The position numbers and the translations under genes are program-made. The notes under the pieces are model-generated. The model was not told where the DNA came from and made no database searches. It worked only from the letters and a program-made list of their open reading frames with translations. 64,000 bases of DNA from Acidimicrobiales bacterium (GTDB taxonomy: Bacteria > Actinomycetota > Acidimicrobiia > Acidimicrobiales > WLNW01). The stretch spans positions 1,964 through 65,963 of the forward strand of contig JBDSMH010000196.1 in the NCBI GenBank assembly GCA_039915945.1. The letters run 5' to 3'. Positions 1-9,549 of the stretch are shown here, in pieces (the stretch's first letter is position 1; each line of letters starts with the position of its first letter).

Positions 1-341
1 CCACCAGTTGGAGCCCCCGCATCGCGCGCCGCTTCGTCGCCGCCCGGCTCAACGAAAGCCTCTCGGGGCAAGACATCGTCGGAGCCGCGGCACTCGTGAC
101 GAGCGAGCTCGTCAACAATGCGGTGCAACACACGAATACGACCGTGCGAGTGCGGGTCGAGACGTTGGCCGATCACGTGCGGGTCGAAGTCAGCGACCGC
201 TCGGCGCCCCGCGCCGGCGGCAACGATCAGTTGGCGCCCAGCAACGGTGGCCCACCGCTCGTGGGCCGGCTCTGCGATCGCTGGGGTGTCGCCGAGAGCA
301 ACGGCGAACGCTCCGTGTGGTGCACCTTCCGCCTCGCCTGA
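1..341 (+). CDS. Anti-sigma factor / HATPase_c-type ATP-binding protein, 5'-partial
   Basis: Frame is open from the window start: SPRIARRFV...LVTSELVNNAVQH...VRVEVSD...DRWGV...VWC, the typical actinobacterial RsbW-like pattern. Confidence 0.75.
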   Translation, partial: TSWSPRIARRFVAARLNESLSGQDIVGAAALVTSELVNNAVQHTNTTVRVRVETLADHVRVEVSDRSAPRAGGNDQLAPSNGGPPLVGRLCDRWGVAESNGERSVWCTFRLA

Positions 342-351
342 CGGGCTGCGC

Positions 352-1155
352 ATGACATCGCAGCAAGTGGCCATCGAGATGATCGGCGTGACGCGGATCG
401 AAGACGGCCGAGCGATCCTGGCCGATCTCGATTGGACGGTCGCGCCCGACGAACGTTGGATCGTGCTCGGACGCAACGGCAGCGGCAAGTCGACTCTGCT
501 GCGTATCGCGTCGCTGTATCTGCACCCGTCGAGCGGCACGGTGCGCGTGTTGGGCGAGGAACTGGGGCGTACCGACGTGCGCCAGTTGCGCCGGCGCATC
601 GGCTATTCGGCGGCGGCGTTCGCCGACCTTCTGCGTCCCGCGCTCAGCGTGCGCGATGTGGTGATGACCGCGAAGTTCGCGGCTCTCGAGCCGTGGTGGC
701 ATGTCTACGAGGACGCCGATCGCGAGCGCGCCGTCGAGATGCTCGGTCGTGTCGGATGTGAATCACTCGCCGAGCACGTGTTCGCCACGCTGTCGTCCGG
801 CGAACGCCAACGCGTGCTGCTCGCGCGCACCCTGTTCACCGAGCCGGGGGTGATCCTGCTCGACGAGCCGACAGCCGCGCTCGACCTTGCCGGCCGCGAG
901 CAACTCGTCGCGAACCTCGACGCGCTGGCTGCCGATTCGACCACCCCTCCCATCGTGCTCGTGACGCATCACGTCGAAGAGATCCCTCCGTCGTTCACGC
1001 ACGCGCTGCTGCTGAGCCATGGGCAGACGTTGGCCAAGGGGCCCATCGAGGAGTGCATGAACGTCGAGACGCTGTCGGCCTGCTTCGAGTTGTCGCTCGA
1101 ACTCGAGCGGCGCGACGGCCGCTGGCTCGCCTGGGCAAGGCCCGAGCCAGAATGA
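352..1155 (+). CDS. ABC transporter ATP-binding protein
   Basis: Walker A GRNGSGKS, signature LSSGE, Walker B ILLDE, H-loop VTHH; ATG at 352 inside ORF 118..1155. Confidence 0.9.
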   Translation: MTSQQVAIEMIGVTRIEDGRAILADLDWTVAPDERWIVLGRNGSGKSTLLRIASLYLHPSSGTVRVLGEELGRTDVRQLRRRIGYSAAAFADLLRPALSVRDVVMTAKFAALEPWWHVYEDADRERAVEMLGRVGCESLAEHVFATLSSGERQRVLLARTLFTEPGVILLDEPTAALDLAGREQLVANLDALAADSTTPPIVLVTHHVEEIPPSFTHALLLSHGQTLAKGPIEECMNVETLSACFELSLELERRDGRWLAWARPEPE

Positions 1156-1159
1156 CTCC

Positions 1160-1589
1160 GTGATCGATCCCGGGAGGCACGGGTGTCTATGCGGCGGCGC
1201 GGTGCGAGCGTGGCTACAGCGTGCAAGTGGTTGATCCCGTCGAGCACCACGTCGATCGCGCTACGCATATCGCACGCGAGCGAAACCTCGCCCAGATGAC
1301 GGCGCGGATGGGAGACGCCAGAGACCTCGCCTCGTGTGGCACCGGATACGACGCCGTATTGCTCCTCGGACCGCTCTACCACCTGACCGAACGCGGCGAC
1401 CGATTGCAGGCCTTCGCCGAAGCGATCAGGGTTGCGAAACCCGGCGGCGTTGTTGTCGCGGTCGGAATTTCTCGATTTGCGTCGCTCATCGACGGTCTGA
1501 AACACGGTGTACTCTGCGAGCCCGCGCTGATGGCGGCGACGGCCCACATGATGGTCGTCGGCTCCACGAGTAGTCTGCCTATGTGCTGA
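1160..1589 (+). pseudogene. Class I SAM-dependent methyltransferase remnant
   Basis: Motif I is split by a frameshift (VIDPG / GGTGVYA), followed by GDARDL, YDAVLLLGPLYHL and RVAKPGG; the N-terminus and probably an internal segment are missing. Confidence 0.6.
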
Positions 1590-2455
1590 TCGCCCAGATC
1601 TCGGATCTTCACGTAGCCGAGGCCGACAACTACATGCGCCAGTTCGTCGACGCGAACGCCAAGTTGGCGGCGGCGGTCGACTATCTCAACGCCATGCAGA
1701 TGCGACCCGACGTCGTGCTCGCGACGGGCGATCTCACGGACCACGGACGACCCGTGCAGTACGAACTGCTCGCCGCGATCCTCGCCGAGCTCGACATTCC
1801 GTTGTTGCTGATACCGGGCAACCACGACGAGCTCGAGCCATTCCGCGCGGCGTTCGCGGCGACGCATCCGTATCTCCCGGCGCAGGGCCCGATTCAGTAC
1901 GTGATCGACGACTACGACGTGCGACTGATCGCACTCGACTCGACGCGCGTTGATCACCACGACGGTGAGCTCGACGACGAGCGGCTGCAATGGCTCGATC
2001 GCACCCTCGCGCAACGCCCTGACGAACCGACCGTCGTGTTCTTGCACCACCCGCCGTTCACCACCGGCATCTGGTGGATGGACTGCATCGGCCTCGGCGG
2101 CGCCCGCAAGCTCGAGTCGATCGTGCTGCGCCATCCCAACGTGCGCCTCGTGTTGGCCGGGCACCTGCATCGGCCCATCACGACGAACTGGGGCAGCACC
2201 GTCGTGTCGACGGCGCCCAGCACCACGCACCAGACGGTCTGCAACCTGCATCCCGATCACGAGCCGGTGATGGCGACCGAGCCGCCGATGCTGCAGCTGC
2301 ATTGGTGGACCGGTGACGCCTTCGTCACGCACACGACGGTCTTCGAGCCGCCCGCGGGCCGCATGGAGATCGCGCGGATGGTGTCCGACTGGGAGACCAC
2401 GAAGGTGCGGATCAAGCAGGGTCCGCCGTTCGCCAAGGGCGGGCCCCTCGGCTGA
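1583..2455 (+). CDS. Metallophosphoesterase (CpdA/GpdQ-like phosphodiesterase)
   Basis: ISDLH, TGDL, PGNHD, LHHPP and GHLH motifs; TAGTCT -10 box 6 nt upstream of GTG. Confidence 0.88.
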   Translation: MLIAQISDLHVAEADNYMRQFVDANAKLAAAVDYLNAMQMRPDVVLATGDLTDHGRPVQYELLAAILAELDIPLLLIPGNHDELEPFRAAFAATHPYLPAQGPIQYVIDDYDVRLIALDSTRVDHHDGELDDERLQWLDRTLAQRPDEPTVVFLHHPPFTTGIWWMDCIGLGGARKLESIVLRHPNVRLVLAGHLHRPITTNWGSTVVSTAPSTTHQTVCNLHPDHEPVMATEPPMLQLHWWTGDAFVTHTTVFEPPAGRMEIARMVSDWETTKVRIKQGPPFAKGGPLG

Positions 2456-2502
2456 GCGCCGATGATTGGCACGACCACCCCGGGCATGCGACCCTACGAA
2501 CC

Positions 2503-4110
2503 ATGACCGAACCTATCTACGACGTGCGCTCGTTCTGGGAGTTGCTCGAAAAGCGTGTCGCCGCGACCCCCGACCGACCGATGTTGATCGATGCCGCCGA
2601 TCGTCGGGTCACTTTTGCGGAGTTCAAAGCGTGGGCCGAGCGCGCGGCCGCGGGCTTCCAGGCCATGGGCATCGGCGAGAACTCGGTGGTCACGTGGCAG
2701 CTGCCGACGCGCATCGAGACGCTCGTCGCGTCGTTCGCGTTGTCCCGCCTCGGCGCGATCCAGAACCCGATCATCCAGATCTACCGTGATCGTGAAGTCG
2801 GTTTCGCTCTCGCGCAGATGCGCAGTGAATTCGTGCTCGTTCCCGGCATGTGGCGCAATTTCGACTATGTGGCCATGGTCGAACGGCTCTCGGCCGATCT
2901 GGCGTCGCCGCCGAAGATCATCGTGGCGTACGACTCGTTGCCCGAGGGCGACCCCTCGACCTTGCCACCGCCTCCGGCGGTGCCAGAAATATGGCCACCG
3001 CCTCCGGCGGTGCCGCCCAGTAGTGCGGCCGATGCACCGATCAAGTGGGTGTACTACACGTCGGGTACCACGTCTGATCCGAAAGGTGCGCAACACACCG
3101 ACGGCACGCTGCTCGCGGGCGGCATCGGCTTGGCGTTGAAGCTCGACATGCAGCCGAGCGATGTCGGTTCGATCGCGTTCCCGTACTCACACATCGGCGG
3201 CCCGAACTACGTGGTGATGATGTTGACCCACGGCATGCCCGCCGTATTGCTCGAAGCGTTCGTGCCGGCCGAAGCAGTCGAGATCTACAAACGCCACGAC
3301 GTGACCATGGCCGGTGGGTCGACGGCGTTCTACATCTCGTTCATCAACGAGCAGCGCAAGCAACCCGGCGACAAGATCATTCCCACGTTGCGCATCCTGT
3401 CGGGCGGCGGCGCGCCCAAACCACCCGAGCTGTTCCTCGAGGTCGAAACCGAGATCGGGGCCAAGCTGTGCCACGGCTACGGAATGACCGAGTGCCCGAT
3501 GATCGCGCAGGGGGGCCCACGCGACACCGATGACCAATTGATGTACAGCGAGGGCGGACCCGTCGAAGGATGCGTCATCTCCATCGTCCGCGAAGACGGC
3601 TCCTCGGCGGCGCCGAACGAGCTCGGTGAGGTCCGCCTCGCAGGGCCGATGTTGTTGAGGGGCTACCGCGACAGCGCGCTCGATGCCGATGCGTTCGACG
3701 CCGACGGACGCTTCCGTACGGGCGACATCGGCTTCTTGCGGCCCGACGGCTACATCACGCTCACCGGGCGCCTGAAAGACGTCATCATCCGCAAGGGCGA
3801 GAACATCAGCGCGAAAGAAGTCGAGGACATCCTCTACACGCACCCCAAGGTCGGTGACTGCGCGGTGATCGGCCTCGTCGATCGCGAACGCGGCGAACGC
3901 GTGTGTGCGGTCGTCGAGACCGCGCCGGGACAGTCGGCCCTCACGTTCGCGGAAATGGTCGCCTGGTGCAGGGACGCCGGTCTGATGACGCAGAAGATCC
4001 CCGAGCAACTCGAAGTCGTCGAACAGTTGCCGCGCAATCCCACGTTCAAGATCCTCAAGTTCAAGTTGCGCGACGAGTACAACCAACAGCAGTGGGCGCC
4101 GCAGTCATGA
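2503..4110 (+). CDS. AMP-binding acyl-CoA synthetase (cyclohexanecarboxylate-CoA ligase-like)
   Basis: YTSGTTSDPKG, GYGMTE, FRTGD, GRLKDVIIRKGENI motifs. Confidence 0.9.
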   Translation: MTEPIYDVRSFWELLEKRVAATPDRPMLIDAADRRVTFAEFKAWAERAAAGFQAMGIGENSVVTWQLPTRIETLVASFALSRLGAIQNPIIQIYRDREVGFALAQMRSEFVLVPGMWRNFDYVAMVERLSADLASPPKIIVAYDSLPEGDPSTLPPPPAVPEIWPPPPAVPPSSAADAPIKWVYYTSGTTSDPKGAQHTDGTLLAGGIGLALKLDMQPSDVGSIAFPYSHIGGPNYVVMMLTHGMPAVLLEAFVPAEAVEIYKRHDVTMAGGSTAFYISFINEQRKQPGDKIIPTLRILSGGGAPKPPELFLEVETEIGAKLCHGYGMTECPMIAQGGPRDTDDQLMYSEGGPVEGCVISIVREDGSSAAPNELGEVRLAGPMLLRGYRDSALDADAFDADGRFRTGDIGFLRPDGYITLTGRLKDVIIRKGENISAKEVEDILYTHPKVGDCAVIGLVDRERGERVCAVVETAPGQSALTFAEMVAWCRDAGLMTQKIPEQLEVVEQLPRNPTFKILKFKLRDEYNQQQWAPQS

Positions 4111-4958
4111 CCGACCGGTTGCGGGGCAAGACGGCCATCGTCACTGGCGCCAGCCGCGGCATCGGCGAAGCGATCGCGCGAGGGCTCGCGGCCGACGGCG
4201 CACGCGTCGCGTGCGTGGCCCGCACGCGCAACGAAGGCGACAAACGCGTGGCCGGCTCGCTGCAGGCAACCGTCGCCGCCATCGAGGCGGCGGGGGGTGA
4301 GGCGGTGCCGCTCGTTGCCGATTTGCGCGATCTCGATGCCTGCGCGCAGGTTGTCGACGAAGCGCGCGCGGCGTTGGGCCCGATCGACATTCTCGTCAAC
4401 AACGCGGCGTGGACATGGTTCGCTCCCGTCGCCGAGTTTCCCGTCGACCAGTGGCTGCGCTCGTTCGCCATCAATGTGCACGCGCCGATGGTGCTTTCGC
4501 GCGCCGTCCTCGCCGACATGATCCCGCGAGGGTCGGGGACGATCGTCAACATCTCGTCGGGTTCGGCGCGCGGCCCGGGCCGCGGGCCCTATCCGACACC
4601 GCCGATACTGCGCGACGGCGTGCTGTACGGCACCGAGAAGGCCGCGCTCGAACGATTCAGCCAAGGCCTTGCCGAAGAGCTCTACCCGCACGGCGTCACC
4701 GTCGCCGCGCTTTCACCGTCGCAGGTGGTCTTGACGGCCGGTGTCCTGTTCCACGAGGCGGTGTTCGATCGCGACGAAGCGCAGACCGAGGCGCCCGAGT
4801 TGATGGCCCAGGCCGTCGTGTTGCTGGCGAGCGAGCCGCTCGACCGTGTCACCGGGCGCGTCTGCTACAGCCAGCAGATCTTGCGTGAATTCGGGTGGCT
4901 CGACGGCGGCCGCGGGACGGGCATCGATTCGATCGGCTCGGGCTACTCGCAGATGTGA
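4107..4958 (+). CDS. SDR family oxidoreductase
   Basis: TGASRGIG, NNA, YGTEK catalytic motif; ATGA overlap with the upstream gene. Confidence 0.88.
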   Translation: MTDRLRGKTAIVTGASRGIGEAIARGLAADGARVACVARTRNEGDKRVAGSLQATVAAIEAAGGEAVPLVADLRDLDACAQVVDEARAALGPIDILVNNAAWTWFAPVAEFPVDQWLRSFAINVHAPMVLSRAVLADMIPRGSGTIVNISSGSARGPGRGPYPTPPILRDGVLYGTEKAALERFSQGLAEELYPHGVTVAALSPSQVVLTAGVLFHEAVFDRDEAQTEAPELMAQAVVLLASEPLDRVTGRVCYSQQILREFGWLDGGRGTGIDSIGSGYSQM

Positions 4959-6121
4959 GCGGCGCGTAGCTGTTCGATCTCGTCATCGTCGAGACCGAGC
5001 ATCTCGCGCAGCACCGCCTCGGTGTCGCTGCCGCGTCGTGCGGCCGTACCCCGCACACCGATCGTGGCGCCGTCACTGCGCCAAGGAGCGGTTGGTACGC
5101 GTACACCGGCCTCGACTTCGTGGAACGCGTCGCGTTCGGTGGCCCAGGCCGTCGTCGACAAGTCGCGGATCGATCGAAGCGGCGCGGTCATGATGCCGGC
5201 AGCCTCGAATCGCGCTTCGAGCGTCGCGTAGTCGGCCACTGTCGACGCCTGTTGCTGAAGGGCTTCGTCGACGAGCGCTCGATTCGTCTCGCGAGATTGG
5301 TAGTCCGCGAGGCGCTCGTCGTCGTGCGTCGCGGTTGCGTCACCACCCATTGCGTCGATGAACCGTTCGAACATGCGCGATCGGTTGCCGACGAGTGTCG
5401 CGTAGCTGCCGTCGGCCAACTGCACCACCGGGTGGTTCCAGATGTCGAAGAGGCGATCGTCGTCGCTGCCGACGCTGTCGACGGCGGCCCAATCGTCGGT
5501 GTAGGCAGACACCTCGGCCATCGCGACATCGAGGTGTTGACCATGACCACTGACGCTGCGTTGGTAGAGCGCGGCGAGAATGGCCGACAACGCGAAGAAC
5601 CCGGTGTTGAGATCGGCGTGCACGTGCACTTCTTGTTCGGGGGCGCGTCGGCGCAGCCGTGCCGACAGTTCGAGCAGTCCGGTTTCGGCGTGGATCAATG
5701 GCGCGTATGCCCGCCGATGTGCCCACGGACCACTTTGTCCCCATCCGCTGATCGAGCAGTAGATCAATCGATTGTTGCGCTCGCGTAGCTCGCGAGCGCC
5801 CAAACCACGCTTGTCGAGCACGCCGGGACGAAAATTCTCGATGAGCACGTCGACGCGCTCGGCCAGCCGGGCCACCAGCGCCGCGGCAGTGGGATCGCGG
5901 AGGTCGAGGCAGACGTTGCGCTTGCCCGCGTTCAACTGCGTGAAATACACGGATTGACCGCCGACTTCGGGGGTGACGATGCGGGTCGTATCGCCCGAGG
6001 GTCGTTCGACCTTGACGACATCGGCACCCAGATCGGCCAGCATGCGCCCGACGATGGGCCCGGCCACGACCTCGGACAGATCGAGCACTCGGATGCCGGC
6101 TAGCGGCCGGGGCTCAGCCAT
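4943..6121 (-). CDS. CaiB/BaiF family III CoA-transferase
   Basis: PLAGIRVLDLS...GP...LADLGADVVKVE, NAGKR, ENFRPG, SISGWGQSGP. Confidence 0.9.
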   Translation of the reverse strand: MAEPRPLAGIRVLDLSEVVAGPIVGRMLADLGADVVKVERPSGDTTRIVTPEVGGQSVYFTQLNAGKRNVCLDLRDPTAAALVARLAERVDVLIENFRPGVLDKRGLGARELRERNNRLIYCSISGWGQSGPWAHRRAYAPLIHAETGLLELSARLRRRAPEQEVHVHADLNTGFFALSAILAALYQRSVSGHGQHLDVAMAEVSAYTDDWAAVDSVGSDDDRLFDIWNHPVVQLADGSYATLVGNRSRMFERFIDAMGGDATATHDDERLADYQSRETNRALVDEALQQQASTVADYATLEARFEAAGIMTAPLRSIRDLSTTAWATERDAFHEVEAGVRVPTAPWRSDGATIGVRGTAARRGSDTEAVLREMLGLDDDEIEQLRAAHICE

Positions 6122-6217
6122 CGGCGGATTTTAGGCTGGCGATTAAACCTTGGCCTAATAGTTGCGTCTTTGTGAATAGCGGGGCGATTCACGAAATGAG
6201 GCGCTAGAAAGCGTGTC

Positions 6218-7300
6218 ATGCGCTCCGCCCCTCTCTCCGCCATCGTGCTCGCTGCCGGTGACGGCAGACGCATGCGCTCCACGCGTCCAAAGCCGCTGCA
6301 TGTGTTGTGCGGCAAGACCATGTTGCACTACGTCCTCGACTCGTTGTCCGAGTGCAAGCTCGAGCGCGTCGTGGTCGTCGTCGGCAGCACGGGTGATCAA
6401 GTCGAAAAGAAACTGCGCGAACAAAACTCGGTTCACTACATCGAGTACGTCGAACAGGCTCGTGCCCTCGGCACCGGCGACGCAGCGGCCACTGCATTGT
6501 CGGCCTTTGCCGGTGACGACGACCTCGACGATCCCGATGTACTCGTCCTGCCCGGCGACACACCGTTGTTGCAGGCATCCACGGTGGCAGCACTTGCCGA
6601 AGAACACGATCGGCTCGGCGCGGCGGTAACCATCCTCACTGCCCGTCCTGCGCTACCCGACGGGTTCGCGCGGGTGCGCCGGGTCAAAGATCGCGTCGCG
6701 TCACTCGTCGATCACGACGAAGCCACCGATGACGAGCGTGCGATCACCGAAGTCTCCACCGGTGTGTATTGCTTTCGCCGCAGCCTGCTCGCCCCGGCGC
6801 TGCGTCGCGTCGCGGCGCGTAGTCGCACCGGCGAGCGCTACCTCTCCGACGTGGTCGCGGTGTTGGCCGAGACCGGCCACTTGGTGGCGACCCTCGAGGC
6901 CGATGACCCGACCGAGGTCATGGGCGTCAACGACAGGGTGCAACTCGCGCAGGCCGAGGCCGAGCTGCGCCGCCGCACCAACCTGCGCTGGTTGCGCCGC
7001 GGTGTGACGATGATCGATCCTGATCGCACCTACATCGACACCACTGTCCACATCGGCGCGGATGTCACCCTGTTCCCCGGCACCTTGCTGCAGGGCCGCA
7101 CCGTCATCGGTGAGGGCAGCGAGATCGGCCCCGACGCCCGGCTCGTCGACTGCGTGGTCGGCCGCCGTTGCCGTATCGAGAACGCTGTGGGCCGCCTGGC
7201 CGAGGTGGGCGACGACGCCCAAGTCGGGCCCTACGCGTCCTTGGCGCCGGGTGCTCACCTGATCGCGGGACAAGTAACCGGACCGTTCTACACTGCATGA
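6218..7300 (+). CDS. glmU: GlmU-like N-acetylglucosamine-1-phosphate uridyltransferase, C-terminally short
   Basis: LAAGDGRRMRS..PKPLH, LGTGDA, GDTPLL, ERYLSD, GVNDRVQLA, GVTMIDP, partial hexapeptide repeats; lies directly upstream of prs. Confidence 0.85.
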   Translation: MRSAPLSAIVLAAGDGRRMRSTRPKPLHVLCGKTMLHYVLDSLSECKLERVVVVVGSTGDQVEKKLREQNSVHYIEYVEQARALGTGDAAATALSAFAGDDDLDDPDVLVLPGDTPLLQASTVAALAEEHDRLGAAVTILTARPALPDGFARVRRVKDRVASLVDHDEATDDERAITEVSTGVYCFRRSLLAPALRRVAARSRTGERYLSDVVAVLAETGHLVATLEADDPTEVMGVNDRVQLAQAEAELRRRTNLRWLRRGVTMIDPDRTYIDTTVHIGADVTLFPGTLLQGRTVIGEGSEIGPDARLVDCVVGRRCRIENAVGRLAEVGDDAQVGPYASLAPGAHLIAGQVTGPFYTA

Positions 7301-7333
7301 CGCCCAGGTAGGGGCGCGAGAGCGAGGGCACGC

Positions 7334-8314
7334 ATGGAAATAGTGACGCGCAAGCACCTGTACCTGGTATCCGGTCGCGTGTCGCGCCCGCTCGCCGAGG
7401 AGATCGCGTACGAGCTCGATGTCACGCTCGGCGAACCCAACCTCGGCGAGTTCGCCAACGGCGAGATCAATTGTCGCTTCAACGAATCGATACGCGGCAC
7501 CGACGTGTTCATCGTGCAGACCCACGCTGCGGCCGAGGGACGATCGATCAACGACGCGATCTGGGAACAACTGATCATGGTCGACGCCGCGAAGCGCGCC
7601 TCGGCCAAGCGCATCACGGTGATCTGTCCCTTCTACGGCTACGCCCGCCAAGACCGCAAGGCTTCGGGCCGTGAGCCGATCACCGCGCGGCTGCTCGCCG
7701 ACATGTTCGAAGCTGCTGGCGCCAAGCGGATGGTCAGCGTCGACCTGCACTCGGGCCAGATCCAGGGCTTCTTCAACGGGCCCGTCGATCACCTCACCGC
7801 AATGCCCGTCATCCTCGACACGCTCGCCGAATACGGCGAGGACATCGTGATGGTCTCGCCCGACACCGGTCGAGTGAAGGTCGCCGAGAAGTACGCACAA
7901 GCGCTGCACTGCGACCTCGCGTTCGTCTACAAGGCTCGTCGCAAAGATCAAAAGAACGTCGTCGAGGCCAAAGAGGTCATCGGTGACGTCAAAGGCCGCA
8001 CCTGCGTGCTGATCGACGACATGATCGACACCGGCGGCACCATCGTCGCCGCCGCCGAACTGCTCGCGGAGCGCGGTGCCGAGCGGGTCATCGCCGCCTG
8101 CACGCATGGTGTCTTCTCCGGTCCGGCTATCGATCGCATCAAGAACTCGGTGATCGAGCGGGTCGTGTGCACGAACACGCTTCCGCTCGAGCCCGAAAAG
8201 CAGATCGACAAGATCGAGCAACTCTCCGTGGCGCCGATCATCGGACGGGCCATCGACGCCGTCTTCCGCGACGAGAGCGTGAGCGAGATCTTCGATGGCA
8301 ACAACCTGAGCTGA
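7334..8314 (+). CDS. prs: Ribose-phosphate pyrophosphokinase
   Basis: FANGEI, PFYGYARQDRK, DLHSGQIQGFF, VSPDTG, LIDDMIDTGGT. Confidence 0.97.
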   Translation: MEIVTRKHLYLVSGRVSRPLAEEIAYELDVTLGEPNLGEFANGEINCRFNESIRGTDVFIVQTHAAAEGRSINDAIWEQLIMVDAAKRASAKRITVICPFYGYARQDRKASGREPITARLLADMFEAAGAKRMVSVDLHSGQIQGFFNGPVDHLTAMPVILDTLAEYGEDIVMVSPDTGRVKVAEKYAQALHCDLAFVYKARRKDQKNVVEAKEVIGDVKGRTCVLIDDMIDTGGTIVAAAELLAERGAERVIAACTHGVFSGPAIDRIKNSVIERVVCTNTLPLEPEKQIDKIEQLSVAPIIGRAIDAVFRDESVSEIFDGNNLS

Positions 8315-9417
8315 TGGCCGTCGTCGGCGTTCCCACCGAGATCAAGACCGACGAGAACCGTATTGCCATCACGCCGGCAGGCGTACACGAACTCACCCTC
8401 AGCGGGCACACGGTGCTCGTCGAGGCCGGCGCCGGCCTCGGCTCGGCGTTCACCGACGACGACTACCGCGCCGCCGGCGCCACCATCGTGCCCACGGCGG
8501 CCGACGCGTGGGGCGCACACATCGTCTGCAAGGTGAAAGAGCCACAAGAGAGCGAGCTCGGCTTCCTGCGCCCCGATCTCGTGTTGTTCACCTACCTCCA
8601 TCTCGCCGCGTACCCGGCGGTCGCCACCGCGCTCGAGCGGTCGGGCTGCACCGCCATCGCGTACGAGACGGTGCAAGACGACCAGGGCCGGCTGCCATTG
8701 CTCGCCCCGATGAGTGAGATTGCCGGGCGTGTCGCGCCGCAAGTGGGCGCGTACTTCCTCGAGCGCAGCAACGGCGGTAGAGGGTTGCTGCTCGGCGGTG
8801 CCCCCGGTGTCGAGCGGGGCAAAGTCGTGGTCATCGGCGCCGGCATGGCCGGACAAAACGCCGCGCTCATCGCCCGGGGCCTCGAGGCCGACGTCACGAT
8901 CTTCGACACCAACCTCGACAAGTTGCGCTTCATCGATTCGATCCACCGCGGCGCGATCAAGACGCGTATGAGCAACCTGCTCGACGTCGCGACCGAGGTG
9001 GTCAACGCCGATCTCGTGATCGGCGCGGTGCTGGTGCCGGGCGGTCTCGCGCCGAAGGTCGTCACGCGCGAGTTGGTCGGGCGCATGAAGCAAGGCGCGG
9101 TGATGGTCGACATCTCTATCGATCAGGGTGGCTGCTTCGAGACCTCGCACGAAACCAAGCACAGCGATCCCGTGTACACCGTCGATGGCGTCTTGCACTA
9201 CGCCGTCGGCAACATCCCCGGCGCGGTACCGCGCACGTCGACCATAGCGCTCACCAACGTGACGCTTCCGTTCGTACATGTGCTCGCCGACCGCGGAGTC
9301 GACGGTGCCATCGAGCGCCGACCCGAGTTGGCCTCCGGCATCAACGTGCGCGGCGGGATCATCGTGCACCCCGCGGTCAAAGCCGCATTGTCTGGTGCGG
9401 CTGCGCCGCAACACTAG
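8314..9417 (+). CDS. ald: Alanine dehydrogenase
   Basis: GVPTEIK..ENR, KVKEP, FTYLHLAA, PMSEIAGR, DISIDQGGCFETS, VPRTST; TGATG overlap with prs. Confidence 0.95.
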   Translation: MAVVGVPTEIKTDENRIAITPAGVHELTLSGHTVLVEAGAGLGSAFTDDDYRAAGATIVPTAADAWGAHIVCKVKEPQESELGFLRPDLVLFTYLHLAAYPAVATALERSGCTAIAYETVQDDQGRLPLLAPMSEIAGRVAPQVGAYFLERSNGGRGLLLGGAPGVERGKVVVIGAGMAGQNAALIARGLEADVTIFDTNLDKLRFIDSIHRGAIKTRMSNLLDVATEVVNADLVIGAVLVPGGLAPKVVTRELVGRMKQGAVMVDISIDQGGCFETSHETKHSDPVYTVDGVLHYAVGNIPGAVPRTSTIALTNVTLPFVHVLADRGVDGAIERRPELASGINVRGGIIVHPAVKAALSGAAAPQH

Positions 9418-9540
9418 GCGTCTACCTGGTGCGGCTGCGCCGCAACGCTCGGCGGCTGCGCCGCGGAGGGATATCGTGGGTCTCGTTCCAAATCCCGTGT
9501 GGCGAAGCCGCACCAGTCCGTTGCGGCGGAGCCGCACAAG
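9392..9540. repeat. Cluster of short palindromic (REP/BIME-like) units
   Basis: CTGGTGCGGCTGCGCCGCAAC at 9392-9412 and 9426-9446, core at 9452-9464, inverted variants at 9497-9516 and 9520-9540. Confidence 0.75.
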
Positions 9541-9549
9541 AAGGTACCG

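Noticed and set aside
6122-6217. tRNA-Gln often found upstream of glmU
   Set aside because: No cloverleaf or T-loop motif; the region reads as a divergent promoter.
9392-9540. CRISPR array
   Set aside because: Units are irregularly spaced, in both orientations, with gaps too short for spacers, and no cas genes are present.
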